DNA from: Spirochaetia bacterium
GTDB taxonomy: Bacteria > Spirochaetota > Spirochaetia > CADAEX01
Assembly: GCA_963662265.2 (NCBI GenBank)
Contig: CAXXHA010000035.1
Coordinates: forward strand, 96,001 to 160,000
Reading direction: 5' to 3'
DNA: 64,000 nucleotides
Numbering within the stretch: position 1 is the first letter of the stretch; the number at the start of each line of letters is the position of its first letter. Both the position numbers and the translations under genes were made by a program. Of the stretch, positions 49,462-57,374 are shown one piece after another. The notes beneath the pieces are model-generated. The model was given only the letters and a program-made list of their open reading frames with translations, was not told where the DNA came from and ran no database searches.

Positions 49462-50550
49462 ATGAAACGGTTATTTTTAATTGTTATGTGTCTCTTCATT
49501 CTTGCTTCCGGTGTCTTTGCCGGCGGAAAAAAGGAAGCAGCTGAAGAAGAAAACAAAGTTCTCAGAGTTCTCTCATGGTCAGGTTATATTCTTCCTGAAC
49601 AGGCTGAGCAGTTTAAAGAGGAAACAGGAATCACACTTGAAATTACTCATTCAAGTAATGAGGAAATGATTTCTAAACTCAGAGCTACAAGAGGCGGCGG
49701 ATATGATCTTGCACAGCCTTCACAGGACAGAATCTCATCAATGGTTCAGCAGTACAAGCTGTATCAGCCTATTGATTATTCACAGATCAATGAAGATCAG
49801 ATTGAGCCAAGTATGCTTAAAGCTGTTAAGGCAAATACACTTGTAGACGGAAAGTCATATGCTGTTCCTCATGTATTCGGAACTTCAGGCCTTATTGTTA
49901 ACAGCGAAAAAGCTCCTGATGTTAAAGACTACAAAGATCTTCTTGATCCCAAATACAAGGGAAGAGTTGCATACAGAATGAAAAGACCTACAATTCTTGC
50001 CATGGGTTTTTCACTCGGTTATGATCCTTTTGCTCTTTTTAGTGACAAAGAAGCTTACCAGAAATACCTTGATGATGTAGAAGCAAAACTCATAGAAGGT
50101 AAAGAAGTAGTTAAAAACTACTGGGAAAACGGAGATGCTCTTCTTGAATCAATGAGATCAGGTGAAGTATGGGCAGCAATGGGCTGGGAACAGCAGGCAT
50201 GGAAACTCTATAAGGAAAATCCTGCAATTGACTATGTAGCTCCAGCAAGCGGTTCAATGCAGTGGATTGATACTTTTGCTCTTCCTGCAAAATCAGAAAA
50301 TGTTGCAGGTGCTTATAAACTTATAAACTTCCTTCTTGATCCTGAGCAGGCTGCTGCTTTTACAAATGCTGAAAACTATGGTACAGCATCAAAAGATGCA
50401 GCCAAGTACCTTTCTCCTGAAGCTGCAGCTAACTTTGACAGGTGTTTTACTCCGGAAGTTATGGCTAACATGAATAGTTATCCTCCTGTTCCTCCAGGAC
50501 TTGAAGAAATGGAAGGTAAAGCTATGGATAGAATCAGGGCTGCTAAATAA
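49462..50550 (+). CDS. PotD/PotF-like ABC substrate-binding protein
   Basis: Signal peptide; SWSGY, SNEEMISKL, YDLAQPS, WIDTFALP. Confidence 0.88.
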   Translation: MKRLFLIVMCLFILASGVFAGGKKEAAEEENKVLRVLSWSGYILPEQAEQFKEETGITLEITHSSNEEMISKLRATRGGGYDLAQPSQDRISSMVQQYKLYQPIDYSQINEDQIEPSMLKAVKANTLVDGKSYAVPHVFGTSGLIVNSEKAPDVKDYKDLLDPKYKGRVAYRMKRPTILAMGFSLGYDPFALFSDKEAYQKYLDDVEAKLIEGKEVVKNYWENGDALLESMRSGEVWAAMGWEQQAWKLYKENPAIDYVAPASGSMQWIDTFALPAKSENVAGAYKLINFLLDPEQAAAFTNAENYGTASKDAAKYLSPEAAANFDRCFTPEVMANMNSYPPVPPGLEEMEGKAMDRIRAAK

Positions 50551-50604
50551 GTAAAAAACTTTTCTGACATAGTGCAGGGCATCTGCACCATATCAACTTA
50601 ATAA

Positions 50605-50676
50605 GGCAGAGAATATGAGAGCCGGATATTGAGGATGCTGAGTTTGTTTCAGGCACCCCTGTGTCCGGTTTTTTTT
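50605..50676 (+). promoter_or_regulatory. GlpP-type antiterminator element plus terminator, copy 4
   Basis: GGCAGAGAATATGAGAGCC then AGCCGGATAT/GTGTCCGGTT stem and T-run. Confidence 0.8.
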
Positions 50677-51254
50677 CTGTGTGCAGGGAATACTACATTG
50701 TGATTTTATTCGCTGTAAATTACAGATGTCTGTACCTGTTTTGCTGTTTTCAGGCAGTTTAATCTGTTAAAGATATCTGTTAAAGAAGCATTTAAATAAT
50801 GCTGTTTAAGATGAAGATTAAAAGTTATAATATTTAAGTAATAAAGCATTATTTTTATATATAATTTTAATCAGCAACACTGCTTCCGGCAGTAGACTGG
50901 TACAGCTGATCATAAGGTTTCTGTGCAGTATTATTGCATAAGCTTTATGAAAAAAGTACAGGGTTGCTGGTCTGTAGGGTGTGGATTTTCATGGCAGGTT
51001 TAATTCCATCTAACCTCTACAGGATAATAAGTTTCCAAAAGGTGCATAGTTCATATTTTGTGCATAGCGCCTTCTGGGCCGTAAACCTGCCGCGCGAATA
51101 AAAACGAAGGAATGGACAGCAGGGAAGTTTGTGATATTTCATTTCCTTATACGGCTTTTTAATGAGGGAAATATCCGGTTGATATTCTTACAGGGTAAAA
51201 ACTGCCAGCAGATCTTTACCTGTACTGTTCAATTTTGAATGAAGGTGGTAACAA

Positions 51255-52361
51255 ATGCAGATTGATTTGTCTGTGAAAGAGGTGCAGAAACGATTCGGAC
51301 AGTTTACAGCAGTGGATAACGTCTCTTTCGATGTGGAGGATGGTAAATTCTTTTCAATTCTGGGTCCTTCAGGATGCGGAAAAACAACTCTTCTTAGAAT
51401 GATTGCCGGTTTTTACGAACCGTCAGCAGGAAAAATAGAAATTCGCGGCCAGGATATGGCCAATGTTGAACCGAATAAAAGGCCTGTAAATCTTGTATTT
51501 CAACATCTTGCACTTTTTCCGATGATGGATGTCAAGGAAAATATAGCATTCGGTCTGAAACGACGGGGGGAAAAAGGCCCCGGAGTTTATAAAAAAGTAA
51601 ATAATCTGCTGGAAAGAGTAGGGCTTCCTGACCAGGGCAACAAGAGGATAAATCAGCTTTCAGGAGGTCAGAAACAGAGAGTTGCTATTGCAAGGTGTCT
51701 TATTCTTGAACCTGCAGTACTTCTACTGGATGAGCCTCTCGGAGCACTGGACCTTAAACTTAGAGAACATATGAAAGTTGAACTTAAAAAACTCCAGGTT
51801 GAGGTTGGTACAACTTTCGTTTATATCACCCATGACCAGTCGGAAGCTCTTGTTATGAGTGACAAGGTTGCAGTAATGAACCAGGGGAAATTCGAACAGG
51901 TAGATACCCCTCAGAATCTCTACGGTAAACCTGCTTCTTCGTTTGTTGCCCAGTTTGTAGGCGATAATAACCAGTTTATCGGAAAGCTTTCGAAGAATGA
52001 GAAAGGGCAGTTCTTTGTTGTTACAGATGACAATAATAAATATTTCATAGACTCTTCATGTGATGTAAATGAAAATGACAGGGTTGAAATGTATATAAGA
52101 CCTGAAGCTATGATAATCAATCCATCTTCAGATAAGGAGCTTAACAAGATTAAAGCTGATGTAAAAGCAATTCTCTTTGACGGCGGAAACAGCCGTCTTC
52201 TTGTAAATCCTCTTGGAGGCTCAAAGGATATGATTGTTTCACTTCCTCAGAACAGGCAGTTTGATCATATAAAATCAGGCGACAGTGTTGAAATCGGATG
52301 GGATTCCGCTTCTGCAGCATGTTTTAAGGAGTCAGGAGTAAAAACCTATGATGAACTCTAA
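51255..52361 (+). CDS. PotA-like ABC ATP-binding protein
   Basis: GPSGCGKT, LSGGQKQR, LLLDEPLGALD, C-terminal TOBE region. Confidence 0.93.
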   Translation: MQIDLSVKEVQKRFGQFTAVDNVSFDVEDGKFFSILGPSGCGKTTLLRMIAGFYEPSAGKIEIRGQDMANVEPNKRPVNLVFQHLALFPMMDVKENIAFGLKRRGEKGPGVYKKVNNLLERVGLPDQGNKRINQLSGGQKQRVAIARCLILEPAVLLLDEPLGALDLKLREHMKVELKKLQVEVGTTFVYITHDQSEALVMSDKVAVMNQGKFEQVDTPQNLYGKPASSFVAQFVGDNNQFIGKLSKNEKGQFFVVTDDNNKYFIDSSCDVNENDRVEMYIRPEAMIINPSSDKELNKIKADVKAILFDGGNSRLLVNPLGGSKDMIVSLPQNRQFDHIKSGDSVEIGWDSASAACFKESGVKTYDEL

Positions 52362-53217
52362 GAAAACAAAAATCAGATGGGGATTTATAATGTTTTTTAC
52401 TCCGGTGGCGCTCTGGCTTGGATTATTAATCATTGTTCCCCATCTTGATCTTTTAAGGATGTCTTTTGTAGGTTCTGATTATCTTGGTGAATCAGGATTT
52501 ACATTGAATCATTACAAGAGCTTTTTTACAGAGCCGATATACTGGCTTACATTTGTCAGGACAGCCATGTATTCTATCATTGTAACTGCAATTGTGCTTA
52601 TTATATCGCTGCCTGTCTCTTTTTATGTAACAAAGATTGCCAATTTCAAGGTTCAGGGTTTTCTGATGGTCCTCCTGCTCCTCCCTTTCTGGGTAAGTGA
52701 GCTTATAAGGGTTTACGGTTGGATGATCCTCCTCAGGGAAAGCGGCGTTATTAATAAATTCATGCTTGCCCTCGGGCTTTGGGATAAGCCTATTGAAATG
52801 CTTTATAACGATACAGTTATGATTATGGGGCTTGTATACACAACAATACTTTTCATGGCAGTCCCTGTAATCGGTGTAATGGAAGGTCTTGATGACTCAT
52901 ATATTGAGGCTGCATATGATCTTGGAGCAAAGAAAATAACAATCTGGAGAAAGATTATAATACCTCACTGCATGCCTGGAATTATGTCGGGAAGTATCAT
53001 GGTATTCATGCTTGTGCTTGGAAGTTATCTGACTCCGAACCTCATGGGAGGTAAGAACTCTCTCTGGTTTACACAGCAGATTTACAACCAGTTTATCCTT
53101 TATTTTAACTGGAACCAGGGATCAGCATTCGGATTTATGCTCCTTTTTATGTCTTCAATAATTATCTGGGCAGCTCTCAAATTAAGTGGTCAGCAGCTGA
53201 GTAAGGTGGTGAAATAG
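52348..53217 (+). CDS. PotB-like ABC permease
   Basis: LPFWVSELIRVYGW, IEAAYDLGA. Confidence 0.92.
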   Translation: MMNSKKTKIRWGFIMFFTPVALWLGLLIIVPHLDLLRMSFVGSDYLGESGFTLNHYKSFFTEPIYWLTFVRTAMYSIIVTAIVLIISLPVSFYVTKIANFKVQGFLMVLLLLPFWVSELIRVYGWMILLRESGVINKFMLALGLWDKPIEMLYNDTVMIMGLVYTTILFMAVPVIGVMEGLDDSYIEAAYDLGAKKITIWRKIIIPHCMPGIMSGSIMVFMLVLGSYLTPNLMGGKNSLWFTQQIYNQFILYFNWNQGSAFGFMLLFMSSIIIWAALKLSGQQLSKVVK

Positions 53218-53218
53218 T

Positions 53219-54076
53219 ATGATTAGAACATTACCAAGCAGCAGACTGTATAAAAACAGTTTTCATATTTTTATAATTATTTATTTTGTGGTCCTGTTTG
53301 CACCGCTTCTTGTTACATGTGTGCTTGCATTCAACGATTCAATGTTTCCGTCACTTCCATGGAACGGTTTTACTCTTGACTGGTTTTTCAGTGACGGTCC
53401 GGAAAAGATAGGTATTTTTCATGATAATACAAACCTGAGAAGTATATTTGTATCATTCAAGGTTGCAATTGCAGTTTCTATTCTTTCAACAATAGTAGGA
53501 ACATGCGCGGCATTTCTGTTTGAGCAGGAAGATTTCAGATTCAAGAATGCTCTTTATTTTCTTATGATAGCACCGCTTGTAATTCCCGGTGTTATTCTTG
53601 GTATATCAATTCTTGTATTTACAAACAACTTCGGCCTTTTTCTTGAAGAAACTTTCGGTCTTGATGTTGAGTTTCTTATGCCGGGATACTGGCTGGTTGT
53701 TTTAGGACAGTTTTCATTTATCACAACAATGGTAGCTCTTGTGGTTTCCGCAAGGCTCAAGAAATTTGACAGGACTCTTGAAGAGGCAGCATATAATCTT
53801 GGAGCCAACAGGCTTGAAGTTATATGGTTTATAACTCTTAAATACCTGAGGCCTTCAATCATTGGCGGGGCTGCTCTCGCATTCCTGATGTCGTTTGAAA
53901 ATTTCAATACGACACTGTTTCTTACTGGATCAGAATCCACTCTTCCCATTACCCTGTATCTTCAGGTAAGGGACGGTTCGACTCCTGTAATAAACGCGAT
54001 TTCATTCCTGCTTATTGTTACAACATCGATATTTGCTGTAATAAACCTTTATGCTTCTTCAAAGAACAAGGAGTAG
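53219..54076 (+). CDS. PotC-like ABC permease
   Basis: GFTLDW, LEEAAYNLGA, TLPI, PVINAIS. Confidence 0.92.
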   Translation: MIRTLPSSRLYKNSFHIFIIIYFVVLFAPLLVTCVLAFNDSMFPSLPWNGFTLDWFFSDGPEKIGIFHDNTNLRSIFVSFKVAIAVSILSTIVGTCAAFLFEQEDFRFKNALYFLMIAPLVIPGVILGISILVFTNNFGLFLEETFGLDVEFLMPGYWLVVLGQFSFITTMVALVVSARLKKFDRTLEEAAYNLGANRLEVIWFITLKYLRPSIIGGAALAFLMSFENFNTTLFLTGSESTLPITLYLQVRDGSTPVINAISFLLIVTTSIFAVINLYASSKNKE

Positions 54077-54270
54077 ACCGGAATTTTTTAAACGCTTCTG
54101 TTCCTGCCTGGGTAGAGCCCGGAAATCAGCAGTAATGGAAGCAGAAGGATTAAGATTATTCGCAGGGCGGGTATGATCCCTTATCAGGGGGATTCCTGAA
54201 CTGCTCTGTAAAGATTTTGTCAGGTATTGTTAAGGGTGATAGGCCTGCAACACAAAAAATCCTTACAGAA

Positions 54271-54305
54271 CCATAACCGCGAAGCTTGCGGCGGGGTTGT
54301 TGATT
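54271..54305. repeat. Short dispersed repeat, copy 3 of 3
   Basis: CCATAACCGCGAAGCTTGCGGCGGGGTTGTTGATT. Confidence 0.6.
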
Positions 54306-54341
54306 CCTGTATGTTTTGATAAACTTACAGGAAATTATTAA

Positions 54342-54405
54342 GGCTGAGATTAAGAGAGCCGGGCACAGAATGGTACTTAGGGATACCTGTGTCCGGCTTT
54401 TTTTT
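54342..54405 (+). promoter_or_regulatory. GlpP-type antiterminator element plus terminator, copy 5
   Basis: GGCTGAGATTAAGAGAGCC then AGCCGGGCACAG/CTGTGTCCGGCT stem and T8. Confidence 0.85.
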
Positions 54406-54418
54406 AGGGATGGTGAAA

Positions 54419-55645
54419 ATGGATAACAAAATTGGTGAATTTTTTGAAACTTTGCGAAGCGGAATTTCTGCTCTTAAGAATCATGAATCTAAAGAGCTTT
54501 TTCTTCTTCATCATAATGACTCTGACGGACTGACTTCCGGGGCTATTCTTTTGAAAGCTTTCGAGAGGGAAGGGTATGATGTTAAAAGGTTTTCCCTGGA
54601 AAAACCGTATCCGGATGTTCTGAAAAAGCTTTTTGATGAAAACAGCGGAAAAATAATTGTCTTTGCAGATTTTGCAGGAAAAATAGCTCCCATGCTTTCA
54701 GAATTCAACAGGGGAAAAAATCTTGTTCTTGTTCTGGACCATCACAGGGCAGAACCTGTTTTGAATGATAATACAGTACTTAACCTTGATCCTGATCTTT
54801 TCGGACTCAAGGGAGACAGGGATATTTCCGCTTCTGTGGTATGTTATCTGTTTGCCAGAGAACTGAACAGCATGAATGAAGATCTTGTTCATATTGCCGC
54901 ATTCGGCGGAATCGCAGATTTTTATTATCGTGATGAGGATGTTCATTCTTTCAACAGGGAATGTGTTGAAGATGCATGTGCAATCGGATTAATGAGGATT
55001 GAGTACAGAGACGGCAAAGAGCGGTTTATTATACGCCTGGGGGACAGGGAAGTTGATGTTGTGGAATTCTACCCTCTTCTCGATACACTCGGCGGAGTCG
55101 GATTTTATGACAGGGGGCCTGAGAAGGGGATTGATCTGCTTCTAAACGGTCTTGAGGATAGACATGTGGAAGAAATCAATAAACTGATGTCTGTCAAGGA
55201 AAAGATATTTGAAAAAGAAATAAGCAGGATGATGAAAAAAGACTACCATGAAACTGATGACATAATCTGGTTTGATGTTGAAGACAGGTTTGCTCCCATG
55301 GGAGTTAAAATGATCGGGGTTTTCTGCGAGGAAATTGTTGAAGCAGAGTACATAGATCAGAATAAATATCTTGCAGGTTTTCAGAGAATCCCTGACACAG
55401 TTCCCGGATTCGGCGAACTTGAAATGGGACAGACAAAAGTTTCAATGAGAACTTCTGCAGTTCTTTCAAAGAGGATCCTGGAAAAGGAAATTCCCGGGCT
55501 TAATGATTTTCTTCCGGAAGCAACTGTCAACCTCGGCGGTTTTGCAGATGCATGCCACAGTATTGCTGCTGCAACTACAATAGATATCGGCATGGAAGAA
55601 AAGCTGATGGATGAAACACAGAGAACATTAAACACGAAGAAATAA
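54419..55645 (+). CDS. DHH-family phosphoesterase
   Basis: HHNDSDG, FADF, LDHH, GGIAD, C-terminal ACHSIAAA (DHHA1 GGHxxAA variant); start ATG 54419 or 54410. Confidence 0.8.
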   Translation: MDNKIGEFFETLRSGISALKNHESKELFLLHHNDSDGLTSGAILLKAFEREGYDVKRFSLEKPYPDVLKKLFDENSGKIIVFADFAGKIAPMLSEFNRGKNLVLVLDHHRAEPVLNDNTVLNLDPDLFGLKGDRDISASVVCYLFARELNSMNEDLVHIAAFGGIADFYYRDEDVHSFNRECVEDACAIGLMRIEYRDGKERFIIRLGDREVDVVEFYPLLDTLGGVGFYDRGPEKGIDLLLNGLEDRHVEEINKLMSVKEKIFEKEISRMMKKDYHETDDIIWFDVEDRFAPMGVKMIGVFCEEIVEAEYIDQNKYLAGFQRIPDTVPGFGELEMGQTKVSMRTSAVLSKRILEKEIPGLNDFLPEATVNLGGFADACHSIAAATTIDIGMEEKLMDETQRTLNTKK

Positions 55646-55680
55646 TTCCAAAACTTTATTTTGGGCATTCTTTCTTCGTG

Positions 55681-55868
55681 TAGCGACAGAGACTTTTCGC
55701 AAGAAAAGTGCTCGATAGCGTTTAATGTACGAATAATTCAGAGACTTCTCCGCAGGAGAAGTGCTCGAACGAAAGAGACTTTTCCTATGGAGAAGTGTTC
55801 GAAAAATGTCAAAAAAGGTTTTGACATAAGCGGCAGGGGCTTCCTGAAAGGAAGTACTCAAAAGCGAA
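55681..55868. repeat. Cluster of four REP-like hairpins (same family as 2444-2590)
   Basis: TAGCGACAGAGACTTTTCGCAAGAAAAGTGCTCGATAGCG and three variants. Confidence 0.85.
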
Positions 55869-55954
55869 CTGATAGCGATATTAAATTGAAATTGATTCGG
55901 GAACTTTGTTATTAGAAGTACCGTAATTATTACTGTTAACGACAGGAGGATAAA

Positions 55955-56926
55955 ATGGGTAAAGGAAGCGCATTTGGAAAAAACATTCTGATAGGGGATC
56001 AGTTTGTACTTAACGGAGTACCGGCAATTGTATCAGCATTGCCGTATAAAACAGAAACAATTGTTGAAAGAGATGAATCTGTAGACGGATTTGTTGTTGA
56101 GGACAACAGGGTAGAAGTTCCCGGATATAAGAAGAAAAAAGAAGCTTCTTGCAGAAAATCATACGAAATGATGATCGAAGCTATGAGTATTGATCTCAAG
56201 AAGAATCCTATGAGAATAAAAGTTGGCGGTGATCTTCTTGCAGGAAGCGGAGTAGGAGCAAGCGGTGCTATAAGCGTTTCTTTCGGTAAGGCATGCAACG
56301 ATGAATTCAATCTTGGCTATGATGTCCTTGAAGAAAACAGAATCGGCTGGGTTGGAGAGCATGCATATCACGGTATTCCAAGCGGTGTAGATAATACTGC
56401 TTCTACTTTCGGCGGACTCATGATGTATATGATCAGGGACGGTAAGAAAATGTATGAAAGAATTGTTCCTGCCAAACCTCTTTATGTTGTACTTGCAAAC
56501 AGCGGAATAACCTACAACACAGCTCTTCTTGATGATCATATTGACGGTCTTATTGAAAATAATCCGGGCAAATTCTATACAAGTCTTAATAAAGTTACTT
56601 CACAGGTTTATGAAATGAAGAAAGCAATTGAAACAGGTGATCTTCAGGCAGTGGGCGATATTATGGTTGAAAACCATAATATCCTTATTGATATGGACCT
56701 CAGTGCTGACAGGCTTATTGAACTCTGTGACAGGGCAATAAAGATGGGTGCATACGGTGCAAAACTCACAGGCGGCGGAAGAGGGGGGTACATGGTGTCT
56801 CTCGTTGAAAGCCCTGAAATGCAGGATAAGATTGCATCAGATTTTGAAAAGGATGATATTCCTGTGATCAAGGCGCAGCTGGGTCTTGGCGCTATAGATG
56901 ATGCTGATTTCAGGCTTCTTGTATAG
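55955..56926 (+). CDS. GHMP kinase, mevalonate-kinase-like
   Basis: GKNILIGDQFV, GSGVGASGA, HGIPSGVDN, GAKLTGGGRGG. Confidence 0.8.
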   Translation: MGKGSAFGKNILIGDQFVLNGVPAIVSALPYKTETIVERDESVDGFVVEDNRVEVPGYKKKKEASCRKSYEMMIEAMSIDLKKNPMRIKVGGDLLAGSGVGASGAISVSFGKACNDEFNLGYDVLEENRIGWVGEHAYHGIPSGVDNTASTFGGLMMYMIRDGKKMYERIVPAKPLYVVLANSGITYNTALLDDHIDGLIENNPGKFYTSLNKVTSQVYEMKKAIETGDLQAVGDIMVENHNILIDMDLSADRLIELCDRAIKMGAYGAKLTGGGRGGYMVSLVESPEMQDKIASDFEKDDIPVIKAQLGLGAIDDADFRLLV

Positions 56927-57374
56927 GAGGTAATGTCAGGGATTTTGTTTCCGGTTATTTATTCCGGAGCAAATTAAATAATGATATATGCATATACAGC
57001 TTGCTGCATATGCTGCCGTAAAGATTCTCCCTGTGAAGGGGAGAATCTTCCGGTAAAAATAATTCTGTAAATATGCGGCTCATGTTTGCAGATGAAACAG
57101 TGGTGGAAAAAATATTTTCTGATTTCAGGGTATTGTGGTGGTGCCCTGGATTCAGGAAATGCTGAATACTTTTGTATTCGGCAGAGTATTTTTTATAAGA
57201 AGTAAAACTGTCTGGAGGCTTGTAATTAACAGCAGTTTTACTTCTGAAAATAAAAGTGATGAACCGGTGTTTATTAGAACACGGGCAAAACGTTAGTCGC
57301 TAAGAAAAAGGCGAGTTTATAGTGCTGTTGAAACCGGTTTATATGGATTAAAAATGGAAAAGAGAGGAGAAAAT

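Noticed and set aside
53975-53985. GGTTCGACTCC tRNA T-loop-like sequence
   Set aside because: Inside the potC-like CDS, with no cloverleaf around it.
49462-54076. Assigning potABCD symbols and linking them to the agmatinase as a polyamine pathway
   Set aside because: The agmatinase is 47 kb away, the binding protein lacks key acidic residues, and the leaders are of GlpP type.
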